64,000 nucleotides of DNA from Macrostomum lignano (lineage: Eukaryota): the NCBI GenBank assembly GCA_002269645.1, contig NIVC01000632.1:62001-126000 (forward strand). Direction: 5' to 3'. Of the stretch, positions 1-13,900 are shown piece after piece. The notes under the pieces are model-generated. The model searched no databases, had not been told where the DNA came from, and worked only from the letters and a program-made list of their open reading frames with translations. Numbering within the stretch: position 1 is the first letter of the stretch; the number at the start of each line of letters is the position of its first letter. The position numbers and the translations under genes were made by a program.

Positions 1-390
1 GCGGTAAGGTGGCATGAGCTGAGAGCGGGAAGGTGGCGGGAGCTGAGAGTGGGAAGGTAGCGGGAGCTGAGAGCGGGAAGGTGGCGGGAGCTGAGAGTGG
101 GAAGGTAGCGGGAGCTGAGAGCGGGAAGGTGGCGGGAGCTGATAGCGGGTAGGTGGCGGGAGCTGAGAGCGGGTAGGTGGCGGGAGCTGAGAGCGGGTAG
201 GTGGCGGGAGCTGAGAGCGGGAAGGTGGCGGGAGCTGAGAGCGGGTAGGTGGCGGGAGCTGAGAGCGGGTAGGTGGCGGGAGCTGAGAGCGGGAAGGTGG
301 CGGGAGCTGAGAGCGGGTAGGTGGCGGGAGCTGAGAGCGGGAAGATTGGCGGGAGCTGAGAGCGGGAAGGTGGCGGAAGTTGAGAGCTGA
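1..390. repeat. 24-bp G-rich minisatellite (GCGGGAAGGTGGCGGGAGCTGAGA)n, runs off the window start
   Basis: Period 24 (CGGGAGCTGA at 61 and 85); about 16 copies. Confidence 0.95.
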
Positions 391-800
391 GAGGTTTGAC
401 CAAAGGACTGTCGTAGCGCTCTAACAGTGTTGCTGAACTGACCACTTGTACCTTCTGCATATTTTATATTTTGGTCAAAAAATCATAAGTTGACTTGTAG
501 GTGTTCACGTCGTGGTACGTTCGTTTTTGCGGCTGTTGCTAAGTCTTGTGGAATTGTTAAATCGAATTGTCCGTGTTCTTTTCTCGTTTTTTATTATAGT
601 GTGCCATTTAGTGTACCTGAATTGTGCCATTTTTTAAAAAAAGAACGACAAAGGGAAAATACTAGTAGCTGACAATTCCATTCTTTGGAATTGGAATTCC
701 ATTCCAAGAAAAAAATAAAGGATATGTTGTACGAAAACTGAGAAATAATTGTTCTTTTTTGTTTGCAATAAAAAAGCCAATAAAAGGAAGAGAAGTTTAA

Positions 801-1210
801 GTGGATGAGTCCAATTTTTTCATCGCAAATACCACCAGGGAGCTTACCGCGAGGGCCACTGGGTGCTTGGGATGGTCAAGCAAGGTACACGCAAATGCAT
901 GATGGTACAAGTACCCAACCGTTCTGCTGAGTCACTTATTCAGCAGTGTGTTGCCTGGGACACGCATTTTAACTGACGGCTGGCAGGTATATAGTGCGCT
1001 TCCCCACGTGTTTGTCAATCACCGTCTGCATTTCGTTGATCCGAACGATCAAACTGTGCCCACAAACAACATCGAAGGCACCTGGGCACTCGTGAAGGCA
1101 AAGTTTTGCAGCCAGCATGGCGCTAGTGATGACCTTTTTTGAGTCCCATCTTAGCGAGTTCCTCTGGCGCCAACTCTAGCCAGAGAAGTGCTTTGGGAAC
1201 TTCCTGTACT
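801..1210 (+). pseudogene. Merlin (IS1595/ISXO2-like) DDE transposase relic
   Basis: Across frameshifts it reads VDES..HRKYHQGAYREGHWVLGMVKQGTRKCMMVQVPNRSAESL..LPGTRILTDGWQVY..HVFVNHRLHFVDP..TNNIEGTWALVK..FESHLSEFLWR. These are the catalytic D, D and E motifs of the Merlin/ISXO2 family. Frameshifts fall near 820, 947 and 1140. Confidence 0.85.
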
Positions 1211-3234
1211 AGGGGAATATAGCTGTGTAACGCTATTTTTAAGACCTTAAGTATGCTCAAATAAACTTGTTTTAGTTCGTTTGTTAAAAAAACTAGGACA
1301 TGCTAAAAAGCCTTATTGATGAAAGCGCCACATACAATTACGTATGTGATGAGGACGCACTTTTTCGAAACCCCGCGCTAGCACATGGGCTCTAAACTTA
1401 CTAGCCTACTAACAGTGAGGAATGGGCATTTTTATCATTTTCCTGCGAATAGTCTTAGAATCTATACTAGATATAATGTCTGGCCATACTAGTAGTCATA
1501 ATAACATAGGCGCAGCTTTTTGGGTCATAAATCATCGCTTTCGAAGCTGGTCTGACAGCCACCTGCGCCTCACTCAGTGCTGAGGCGGGCGCCAGATGGT
1601 CTGAGAGGATGCGGGCGGTAGCTTTTTTCTCATCATTTTGACAGGCCATCAAGATTTATGAGGTCAGAGCCTATTGTTTGGGTTCACTCAAGCGTGTGAC
1701 AGCTTTGACAGCTATACGTTTTACCCCTAAAAGTACTTCGGGATTAGCGATTAGCGGTTTCTCTTCATTATCTTCACTTTCTATTTAATACGAGCTAAGA
1801 GCTTTCTAATGTATATTTTTTCATTTATTTCTGTCAACAATCCTACGCGAAAAGTCAAATCATTTTGTTGCGATTTTGATTGATTTATGGCCGCACCTGT
1901 CATCTTTTTACGACCCTGTGGGAACTGATAGGATCTCTCGGTCACGTGATTCTGGGTAGCAACACGCTTAGCCAATCAGAAAATTCGGCGCTCCTTCTAA
2001 CAAAACGGCTCAGCCAATCAGAATCGACGTGTTCCATTATAACAAACTGCGGTCCAGTTGGCGACTATTTAAACCGGAGTTTTCGGCCCGCTCGGACCCC
2101 AACTTGTATTGCGACGCTGCGCTTCGCCCAACCTGGTTCCTGCTCCACCGGCTAGGAACTGAACGTCGTTTCTTGATCCCCGGATTGCGACTTCCCCCCA
2201 TCATCATCAAGGACGAGTCCCCCGGTCATCAGCAGCGAACATCAAGTGAAGAGCATCACCTGCTAGCTAACAGCGAAGATTGTGACAGCATCATCCCGAG
2301 TCTACAGCTGCAGCTAGAGCATCAGGCCGATTCGGTCACTGTGGATTACCTGGTCTCCGGCTGTTGAGTTTCTGATTGGTTGGGTGAGAGGCTACCTAGA
2401 CTTGCTTGATTGGGTGATCCCCTATCTGTCCCCTGTTTCAGTAGCTGAATTAGGCGCACACTTTTGCTCATTTTGTCCAGTAGTGCTGTTGCTGAGGCAG
2501 AAGTCATTCAATAATACTGCTAGTAGTCTAAAACTCCAATTCAATCTGAAGTGTGAAGTGATCTAAGGAGAAGGTTAAATCTGACAGTTATTTTTGTCGG
2601 TTTTTTCTTTGTTCGCCGATGGCTCAGATGAGTAGCTAAGCTAGTAGGCGCCGGTCACAGTGGACTAATGGCAAGGCAGTTCTCAGTCGATCAATCTATC
2701 GAATCAGTTAGCGAAACTGCCAGGAGTGCAGAATCGGCGCCAGAGATGTACTTTGTGCACTTTAGGTTAGCCAAGCGGCTCGGGTAATGAATCATGCGGT
2801 CTCTGAAGTTCGAGTTAGTCTATCATCAGCGCTATGAGAGGCTAGTTGGCGCGTTGAAGGCCAAAAGTACAATTCTTCGTATTTAGCAATGTAATAGTAC
2901 ATGTAGCTACCCCATAGTCTCGCCACTGCAAGAATCCCCTGCACAAGTCCCCTCTGTACCTGCATGGCCAATGCGATTCAGTCCCAGCAGTCCCTTATCA
3001 TCGGCTATGACTTCGAGATAGACAGCAAAAAGACACTAGTTGGCAGGTAAGTGCAAAGCCCCTTCATAGTCGGAAGCCCGATTTCGCGAGTCCCGGTGTG
3101 GTGAGCCAGAGCGCACGGGCTGGTGGCAGCAAGTTAGTTGATCTGCGGATTAGCTAATTTCTATTTTCAAAATTCTCCCTGCTCGTCTCTCGCTGTCCCT
3201 CTCTTAGCTATAGGACCTAGACTGCTCGCCACAC

Positions 3235-3475
3235 GATTCTATGTTAATTTTTTATTCTACGTACATTTGCGCATGTCGTGCTCAAAAATCATTAAAATAG
3301 CACAGCTTGGCTCTTTGGTTTTATGAGTCTATTTTATCATTCTTAGCTGACTGTGTAACAAATATGCGTAGCACAAGCTGCACAAACGATAAAATGGATT
3401 CATAAAACCAATGATTTGGTGCTGTTCAATGCATTATTATTTCGGTGACGACCATTTCGGCGACAAATATGATCG
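3235..3475 (-). repeat. Dispersed repeat, inverted copy of 21925-22187
   Basis: The reverse complement of about 3235-3385 matches about 22045-22187 closely; the TGTCGCCGAAATGG motif is also shared. Confidence 0.8.
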
Positions 3476-3932
3476 GAAAAATTACAAGTATCTACGGTAC
3501 AGAGTGAACTACCCCCCAGCTGACATGACCCCCAGCAAGCATTTAATTGTTGAAACTGTTTTAGAATTGAATGCCTAAGTTTCAGACTCGCCTTATTATA
3601 TTATCTGATTGATACACTGTCCCTCTATGTACATCATGTACATCATATTGCTCTGCCCAAGTGACCATCAGTTCACACCCACCCCATCTCTCTCGTCTTA
3701 GTTGCTACTAGCAATCTACGCCCCCCGTTGGGGAGCCAAAGAAATGCAATACACGTTTTTTTATTAAGCTACATGTATCCTTGAAATCTTAAAAAATCTC
3801 CTGTCAAACCTTGTAAGCCTTGACATGTCAGTCATTCCCCCCCCCACAAGCTTTAACATATCAACTTCCCCCCTTGACATCTCAGCAATGCCCCCAATAA
3901 GCCTTGGAAATCTAAAAATATCTGTCAACCTT

Positions 3933-3994
3933 CTAACCCTAACCCTAGCCTAACCCTAACCCTAACCCTAACCCTAACCCTAACCCTAACCCTA
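3933..3994. repeat. Interstitial (CCCTAA)n telomere-like tract, copy 1
   Basis: About 10 CCCTAA units inside unit 1. Confidence 0.9.
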
Positions 3995-4659
3995 AAGCAT
4001 TGAAATTTCAGTAATTCTCTCTAAGAGTCATTATAGCACTACTACAGCATTATAGCGATTCCCTGCAAGCCTCGACATCGTAGGGATTCCCAAATGAATC
4101 TCTTAACTTCGACATGAAGCTTCTTGTAAGCCTTGACATGTCAGCAATGGCCCCCATAAACCTTGAAATCTAAAAAATCCCCTGTTAACCTTGAAACCCG
4201 ATAAAATATAACCCTCAACCCAAACCTGACCTAAACCTAACTTTAACCCAACCTAAAGTCTTGAAATCTCAGCAATTCTTCTCCCCTAAGCCTTGACATT
4301 TTAGTGATTCCTTCTTTAAGAATCACAGCACTATAACGATTTCCACCAAGCTTTGACATCGTAGCAATTCCCAAATGAATCTTTTAACTTCGACATGACT
4401 TTTCTTTTATGTATACATAGTGCTACTTTTATTTTTTACATGACTCTTCTTCTATCAGCGCCCCCCGTGGCGAGGCAACAAAGAATGCAATAAAAAATTG
4501 AGTAAAGTACATGAACTTTGAAGTAGCTTCTGACTTTTGCTTTGACATCTCAGAAACCCCCCCCTCCGTAATCTCAGTTATTCTCTGATCAGTTATTCTC
4601 TGAGAGCCTTTACGTCTCAGTTTTTCTCCCCAGCACAGCATTATAGCTGCATTTAATTT

Positions 4660-6256
4660 TTACATGACACCCTTCATGTCTGACATGACGCTTCTTTTAT
4701 TCTACCATGATGCTTCTTAATTTTTTAAATGACACTTTCATTAGTTTTTAAATGAGGCTTCTAAGATTTTTTCATGACGCTCCTATGATTTTTTTACATG
4801 ACGCTTCTATGATTGTTTACATGACGCTTCTATGCTTTTTATATGACGCTTCTATGATTTTTACATAACGCTTTTATGATTTTTTACATGACGCTTCCAT
4901 GATTTTTTACATGACGCTTCTATGATTGTTTACATGACGTTTCTATGATTTTTTTACATGACGCTTCTATGATTGTTTACATGACGCTTCTATGTTTTTT
5001 ATATGACGCTTCTATGATTTTTTATATGACGCTTCTATGATTTTTTTACATGACGCTTCTATGATTGTTTACATGACGTTTGTATTATTGTTTACATGAC
5101 GCTTCTATGATTTTTTTAAATAACGCTTCTATGATTTTTTTAAATAACGCTTCTATGATTTTCAAATGACGCTTCTATGATTTTTTACATGACGCTTCTA
5201 TGATTTTTACATGACGCTTCTATGATTGTTTACATGACGCTTCTATGATTGTTTACATGACGCTTCTATGATTGTTTACATGACGCTTCTATGATTGTTT
5301 ACATGACGCTTCTATGATTGTTTACATGACGCTTCTATGATTTTTAAAAAAAACGCTTCTATGATTTTTAAATGACGCTTGTACGATTTTTTACATGAGG
5401 CTTCTATGATTTTTTACATGACGCTTCTATGATTGTTTACATGGCGCTTCTATGATTTTTTAAAAAAAACGCTTCTATGATTGTTTACATGACGCTTCTA
5501 TGATTGTTTACATGACGCTTCTATGATTGTTTACATGACGCTTCTACGATTTTTATATGACGCTTCTATGATTTTTTACATGACGCTTCTATGATTTTTT
5601 AAATTACGCTTCTATGATTTTTACATGACGCTTCTATGATTGTTTACATGACGCTTCTATGATTGTTTACATGACGCTTCTATGATTGTTTACATGACGC
5701 TTCTATAATTGTTTACATGACGCTTCTATGATTTTTTACATGAGGCTTCTATGATTTTTTACATGACGCTTCTATGATTGTTTACATGACGCTTCTATGA
5801 TTTTTTACATGAGGCTTCTATGATTTTTTACATGACGCTTCTATGATTGTTTACATGGCGCTTCTATGATTTTTTAAAAAAACGCTTCTATGATTGTTTA
5901 CATGACGCTTCTAAGATTTTTTACATGACGCTTCTACGATTGTTTACATGACGCTTCTATGATTTTTTACTTGACGCTTCTATGATTTTTTCAATGACGC
6001 TTCTATGATATTTTACATGACGCTTCTACGATTTTTTACATGACGCTTCTATGATTGTTTACATGACGCTTCTATGATTTTTTACATGACGCTTCTATGA
6101 TTTTTTAAATTACGCTTCTATGATTTTTACTTGACGCTTCTATGATTGTTTACATGACGCTTCTATGATTTTTTACATGACGCTTCTATGATTTTTTACA
6201 TGACGCTTCTATGATTTTTTAAATGAAGCTTCTATGATTTTTACATGACGCTTCTT
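4660..6256. repeat. 22-23-bp satellite (ACATGACGCTTCTATGATTGTTT)n, short array
   Basis: Period 23 (5221 and 5244); degenerate monomers at the 5' edge; roughly 70 copies. Confidence 0.97.
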
Positions 6257-7086
6257 TTTAAAAAGTCTTTTAGTTTTCCTGACGATGAAAAGCTTTAATT
6301 AAAAAAATTATACTCTATGAAAATTCGAACCATCGTCGCTGCATTTGGCAGTTCAGTTTGTTCACCTCTAGGCTAGCTCTCATCGTTTTGATAACATCAA
6401 ATTTTGCACTTATATAATTCAACACTTTAAAATCCAAGCATAGAGTAAATCACACGAAGCAGTTATGACATAATCAGTTTCTCAGTCAGTCAGTATCAGT
6501 TAACAATATGGTTACGCAATTTAAATCAAGTCTGGTGCTACGCTTCCACACTGCATTTTCAATTCAAGTCGGAGTTACAATTCAGTTATGATGCAATCTA
6601 TTTCAGAATCAGAATCAACCAGTCAGTTTTTTCTCTAGCATTCTTACAATGCATTTCAAGTCGAAAAGTTTGCTTGACCTTTGCAAAAAAGCATGTTTTT
6701 CGAATATTTAATGCCTTTAGCATTTAGCAATTTCTTAGCCAAGATACATGTACAGTCACGGAAAAATTTCTGATCGAATGGTGCAAGTTTGAACAAAATC
6801 GGATGAGCCATTTTTGCTAAAATCGATTGCGCACAAACAAGATTTTCATTTTTAGTATATAGGACTAGCAATCAACGCCCCCCGTTGGGGAGCCAAAGAA
6901 ATGCAATACACGTTTTTTTAATAAGCTACATGTATCCTTGAAATCTTAAATAATCTCCTGTCAAACCTTGTAAGCCTTGACATGTCAGTTATCCCCCCCA
7001 CAAGCTTTAACATATCAACTTCCCCCCTTGACATCTCAGCAATGCCCCCAATAAGCCTTGGAAATCTAAAAATATCTGTCAACCTT

Positions 7087-7148
7087 CTAACCCTAACCCT
7101 AGCCTAACCCTAACCCTAACCCTAACCCTAACCCTAACCTAACCCTAA
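7087..7148. repeat. Interstitial (CCCTAA)n telomere-like tract, copy 2
   Basis: Same position inside unit 2. Confidence 0.9.
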
Positions 7149-7929
7149 AGCATTGAAATTTCAGTAATTCTCCCTAAGAGTCATTATAGCACTACTACAG
7201 CATTATAGCGATTCCTTGCAAGCCTCAACATCGTAGGGATTCCCAAATGAATCTCTTAACTTCGACATGAAGCTTCTTTTATTTTTTACATTACGCTTTT
7301 TTATCAGCGATCCCTCCCCTGAGGAGGCATCAAATAATGTAATAAAAAGTTTTCAATAAACTACATGTAGCTTCTGACTTTAGCCTTGAAATCTCATTTA
7401 TACCCCCGTAAGCCTTGACATGTCAGCAATGGCCCCCATAAACCTTGAAATCTAAAAAATCCACTGTTAACCTTGAAACCCGATAAAATATAACCCTCAA
7501 CCCACACCTGACCTAAACCTAACTTTAACCCAACCTAAAGCCTTGAAATCTCAGCAATTCTTCTCCCCTAAGCCTTAACATTTTAGTGATTCTTTCTTTA
7601 AGAATCACAGAACTATAACGATTTCCACCAAGCTTTGACATCGTAGCAATTCCCAAATGAATCTTTTAACTTCGACATGACTTTTCTTTTATGTATACAT
7701 AGTGCTACTTTTATTTTTTACATGACTTTTCTTCTATCAGCGCCCCCCCCGTGACGAGCCAACAAAGAATGCAATAAAAAAATGGAGTAAAGTACATGAA
7801 CTTTGAAGTAGCTTCTGACTTTTGCTTTGACATCTCAGAAACCCCCCCCCGTAATCTCAGTTATTCTCTGAGAGCCTTGACGTCTCAGTTTTTCTCCCCA
7901 GCACAGCATTATAGTTGCATTTAATTTTT

Positions 7930-10900
7930 ACATAACACCTTTCATGTCAGACATGACGCTTCTTTTATTCTACCATGATGCTACTTAATTTTTTAAATGA
8001 CACTTTCATTAGTTTTTAAATGAGGCTTCTAAGATTTTTTCATGACGATCCTATGATTTTTTTACATGACGCTTCTATGATTGTTTACATGACGCTTCTA
8101 TGCTTTTTATATGACGCTTCTATGATTTTTACATGACGCTTTTATGATTTTTACATGACGCTTCCATGATTTTTTACATGACGCTTCTATGATTGTTTAC
8201 ATGACGTTTCTATGATTTTTTTACATGACGCTTCTATGATTGTTTACATGACGCTTCTATGTTTTTTATATGACGCTTCTATGATTTTTTATAAGACGCT
8301 TCTATGATTTTTTACATGACGCTTCTATGATTGTTTACATGACGTTTGTATGATTGTTTACATGACGCTTCTATGATTTTTTAAATACGCTTCTATGATT
8401 TTTTTAATACGCTTCTATGATTTTCATGACGCTTCTATGATTTTTTACATGACGCTTCTATGATTTTTACATGACGCTTCTATGATTGTTTACATGACGC
8501 TTCTATGATTTTTTACATGACGCTTCTATGATTGTTTACATGACGCTTCTATGATTGTTTACATGACGCTTCTATGATTGTTTACATGACGCTTCTATGA
8601 TTTTTACATGACGCTTCTATGATTTTTTACATGACGCTTCTATGATTGTTTACATGACGCTTCTATGATTGTTTACATGACGCTTCTATGATTTTTACAT
8701 GACGCTTCTACGATTTTTTACATGACGCTTCTATGATTGTTTACATGACGCTTCTATGATTTTTATATGACGCTTCTATGATTTTTTACATGACGCTTCT
8801 ATGATTTTTACATGACGCTTCTATGATTTTTACATGACGCTTCTATGATTGTTTACATGACGCTTCTATGATTGTTTACATGACGCTTCTATGATTTTTT
8901 ATGACGCTTCTATGATTGTTTACATGACGCTTCTACGATTTTTACATGACGCTTCTATGATTGTTTACATGACGCTTCTATGATTTTTACATGACGCTTC
9001 TACGATTTTTTACATGACGCTTCTATGATTGTTTACATGACGCTTCTACGATTTTTATATGACGCTTCTATGATTTTTACATGACGCTTCTATGATTTTT
9101 TACATGACGCTTCTATGATTGTTTACATGACGCTTCTATGATTGTTTACATGACGCTTCTATGATTTTTACATGACGCTTCTACGATTTTTACATGACGC
9201 TTCTATGATTGTTTACATGACGCTTCTACGATTTTTATATGACGCTTCTATGATTTTTACATGACGCTTCTATGATTTTTATATGACGCTTCTATGATTG
9301 TTTACATGACGCTTCTATGATTGTTTACATGACGCTTCTATGATTTTTTAAATGACGCTTCTATGATTGTTTACATGACGCTTCTATGATTTTTACATGA
9401 CGCTTCTATGATTGTTTACATGACGCTTCTATGATTGTTTACATGACGCTTCTATGATTTTTTACATGACGCTTCTATGATTGTTTACATGACGCTTCTA
9501 TGATTTTTTACATGACGCTTCTATGATTGTTTACATGACGCTTCTATGATTTTTACATGACGCTTCTATGATTTTTTACATGACGCTTCTACGATTTTTA
9601 CATGACGCTTTATGATTGTTTACATGACGCTTCTATGATTTTTATGACGCTTCTATGATTTTTTACATGACGCTTCTATGATTTTTTACATGACGCTTCT
9701 ATGATTGTTTACATGACGCTTCTATGATTGTTTACATGACGCTTCTATGATTGTTTACATGACGCTTCTATGATTTTTTATGACGCTTCTATGATTGTTT
9801 ACATGACGCTTCTACGATTTTTATATGACGCTTCTATGATTGTTTACATGACGCTTTATGATTTTTACATGACGCTTCTATGATTTTTTACATGACGCTT
9901 TATGATTGTTTACATGACGCTTCTATGATTTTTACATGACGCTTCTATGATTTTTTACATGACGCTTCTATGATTGTTTACATGACGCTTCTATGATTGT
10001 TTACATGACGCTTCTATGATTTTTACATGACGCTTCTACGATTTTTACATGACGCTTCTATGATTGTTTACATGACGCTTCTACGATTTTTACATGACGC
10101 TTCTATGATTTTTTACATGACGCTTCTATGATTTTTACATGACGCTTCTATGATTGTTTACATGACGCTTCTATGATTGTTTACATGACGCTTCTATGAT
10201 TTTTACATGACGCTTCTATGATTTTTACATGACGCTTCTATGATTGTTTACATGACGCTTCTACGATTTTTATGACGCTTCTATGATTTTTACATGACGC
10301 TTCTATGATTTTTACATGACGCTTCTATGATTGTTTACATGACGCTTCTATGATTGTTTACATGACGCTTCTATGATTGTTTACATGACGCTTCTATGAT
10401 TGTTTACATGACGCTTCTATGATTGTTTACATGACGCTTCTATGATTTTTACATGACGCTTCTATGATTTTTACATGACGCTTCTATGATTTTTACATGA
10501 CGCTTCTATGATTTTTAATGACGCTTCTATGATTTTTACATGACGCTTCTATGATTGTTTACATGACGCTTCTATGATTTTTACATGACGCTTCTATGAT
10601 TGTTTACATGACGCTTCTATGATTGTTTACATGACGCTTCTATGATTGTTTACATGACGCTTCTATGATTGTTTACATGACGCTTCTATGATTGTTTACA
10701 TGACGCTTCTATGATTGTTTACATGACGCTTCTATGATTGTTTACATGACGCTTCTATGATTTTTACATGACGCTTCTATGATTTTTACATGACGCTTCT
10801 ATGATTGTTTACATGACGCTTCTATGATTTTTACATGACGCTTCTATGATTGTTTACATGACGCTTCTATGATTTTTTACATGACGCTTCTATGATTGTT

Positions 10901-13900
10901 TACATGACGCTTCTATGATTGTTTACATGACGCTTCTATGATTTTTACATGACGCTTCTATGATTTTTACATGACGCTTCTATGATTTTTACATGACGCT
11001 TCTATGATTTTTACATGACGCTTCTATGATTTTTACATGACGCTTCTACGATTTTTACATGACGCTTCTATGATTTTTTACATGACGCTTCTATGATTGT
11101 TTACATGACGCTTCTATGATTTTTATATGACGCTTCTATGATTTTTTACATGACGCTTCTACGATTTTTACATGACGCTTCTATGATTGTTTACATGACG
11201 CTTCTATGATTGTTTACATGACGCTTCTATGATTTTTACATGACGCTTCTACGATTTTTACATGACGCTTCTATGATTGTTTACATGACGCTTCTACGAT
11301 TTTTATATGACGCTTCTATGATTGTTTACATGACGCTTCTATGATTGTTTACATGACGCTTCTATGATTGTTTACATGACGCTTCTATGATTGTTTACAT
11401 GACGCTTCTATGATTTTTACATGACGCTTCTATGATTGTTTACATGACGCTTCTATGATTTTTACATGACGCTTCTAAGATTTTTTACATGACGCTTCTA
11501 CGATTTTTACATGACGCTTCTATGATTGTTTACATGACGCTTCTATGATTTTTATATGACGCTTCTATGATTTTTTACATGACGCTTCTATGATTTTTTA
11601 CATGACGCTTCTATGATTGTTTACATGACGCTTCTATGATTGTTTACATGACGCTTCTATGATTGTTTACATGACGCTTCTATGATTTTTAATGACGCTT
11701 CTATGATTGTTTACATGACGCTTCTACGATTTTTATGACGCTTCTATGATTGTTTACATGACGCTTCTAAGATTTTTTACATGACGCTTCTATGATTTTT
11801 ACATGACGCTTTATGATTGTTTACATGACGCTTCTATGATTTTTATATGACGCTTCTATGATTTTTTACATGACGCTTCTATGATTGTTTACATGACGCT
11901 TCTATGATTGTTTACATGACGCTTCTATGATTGTTTACATGACGCTTCTAAGATTTTTACATGACGCTTCTACGATGTTTTACATGACGCTTTATGATTG
12001 TTTACATGACGCTTCTACGATTTTTATATGACGCTTCTATGATTTTTACATGACGCTTCTATGATTTTTTACATGACGCTTCTATGATTGTTTACATGAC
12101 GCTTCTATGATTGTTTACATGACGCTTCTATGATTGTTTACATGACGCTTCTATGATTTTTTACATGACGCTTCTATGATTTTTTACATGACGCTTCTAT
12201 GATTTTTTAATGACGCTTCTATGATTTTCATGACGCTTCTATGATTTTTTACATGACGCTTCTATGATTTTTACATGACGCTTCTATGATTGTTTACATG
12301 ACGCTTCTATGATTTTTACATGACGCTTCTACGATTGTTTACATGACGCTTCTATGATTGTTTACATGACGCTTCTATGATTGTTTACATGACGCTTCTA
12401 TGATTGTTTACATGACGCTTCTACGATTTTTTACATGACGCTTCTATGATTGTTTACATGACGCTTCTATGATTGTTTACATGACGCTTCTATGATTTTT
12501 ACATGACGCTTCTACGATTTTTTACATGACGCTTTATGATTGTTTACATGACGCTTCTACGATTTTTATATGACGCTTCTATGATTTTTACATGACGCTT
12601 CTACGATTTTTACATGACGCTTCTATGATTGTTTACATGACGCTTCTATGATTGTTTACATGACGCTTCTATGATTGTTTACATGACGCTTCTATGATTT
12701 TTTAAATGACGCTTCTATGATTGTTTACATGACGCTTCTACGATTTTTATATGACGCTTCTATGATTGTTTACATGACGCTTCTACGATTTTTTACATGA
12801 CGCTTCTACGATTTTTTACATGACGCTTTTATGATTGTTTACATGACGCTTCTACGATTTTTATATGACGCTTCTATGATTTTTTACATGACGCTTCTAC
12901 GATTTTTTACATGACGCTTCTATGATTATTTACATGACGCTTCTATGATTGTTTACATGACGCTTCTAAGATTTTTTACATGACGCTTCTACGATTTTTT
13001 ACATGACGCTTTTATGATTGTTTATATGACGCTTCTACGATTTTTATATGACGCTTCTATGATTGTTTACATGACGCTTCTATGATTGTTTACATGACGC
13101 TTCTATGATTGTTTACATGACGCTTCTATGATTGTTTACATGACGCTTCTATGATTTTTTACATGACGCTTCTATGATTGTTTACATGACGCTTCTATGA
13201 TTTTTTACATGACGCTTCTATGATTTTTTACATGACGCTTCTATGATGTTTTACATGACGCTTTATGATTGTTTACATGACGCTTCTACGATTTTTATAT
13301 GACGCTTCTATGATTTTTACATGACGCTTCTATGATTTTTTACATGACGCTTCTATGATTGTTTACATGACGCTTCTATGATTGTTTACATGACGCTTCT
13401 ATATTGTTTACATGACGCTTCTATGATTTTTTAAATGACGCTTCTATGATTGTTTACATGACGCTTCTACGATTTTTATATGACGCTTCTATGATTGTTT
13501 ACATGACGCTTCTAAGATTTTTTACATGACGCTTCTACGATTTTTTACATGACGCTTTTATGATTGTTTACATGACGCTTCTACGATATTTATATGACGC
13601 TTCTATGATTTTTTACATGACGCTTCTATGATTGTTTACATGACGCTTCTATGATTGTTTACATGACGCTTCTATGATTTTTTACATGACGCTTCTACGA
13701 TTTTTTACATGACGCTTTATGATTGTTTACATGACGCTTCTACGATTTTTATATGACGCTTCTATGATTTTTTGACATGACGCTTCTATGATTTTTTACA
13801 TGACGCTTCTATGATTGTTTACATGACGCTTCTATGATTGTTTACATGACGCTTCTAAGATTTTTTACATGACGCTTCTACGATGTTTTACATGACGCTT

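Larger units (their letters stand above)
3707..6863 (+). mobile_element. Helitron-like non-autonomous unit 1 with internal 23-bp satellite
   Basis: Starts ACTAGCAATC..GCCCCCCGTTGGGG and ends TTTTAGTATATAGG. The 3' part has AAATTTCTGATCGAA..AAGTTTGAACAAAATCGG, which resembles Lep1/DINE-1-type elements (recalled family resemblance, not a database match). Directly abuts unit 2. Confidence 0.55.

Noticed and set aside
1880-2570. Short ORFs of 60-112 aa with CCAAT-like motifs
   Set aside because: No recognisable domain or splice-consistent model.
3933-3994. True chromosome end
   Set aside because: Only about 60 bp, internal, and duplicated as part of a larger unit.
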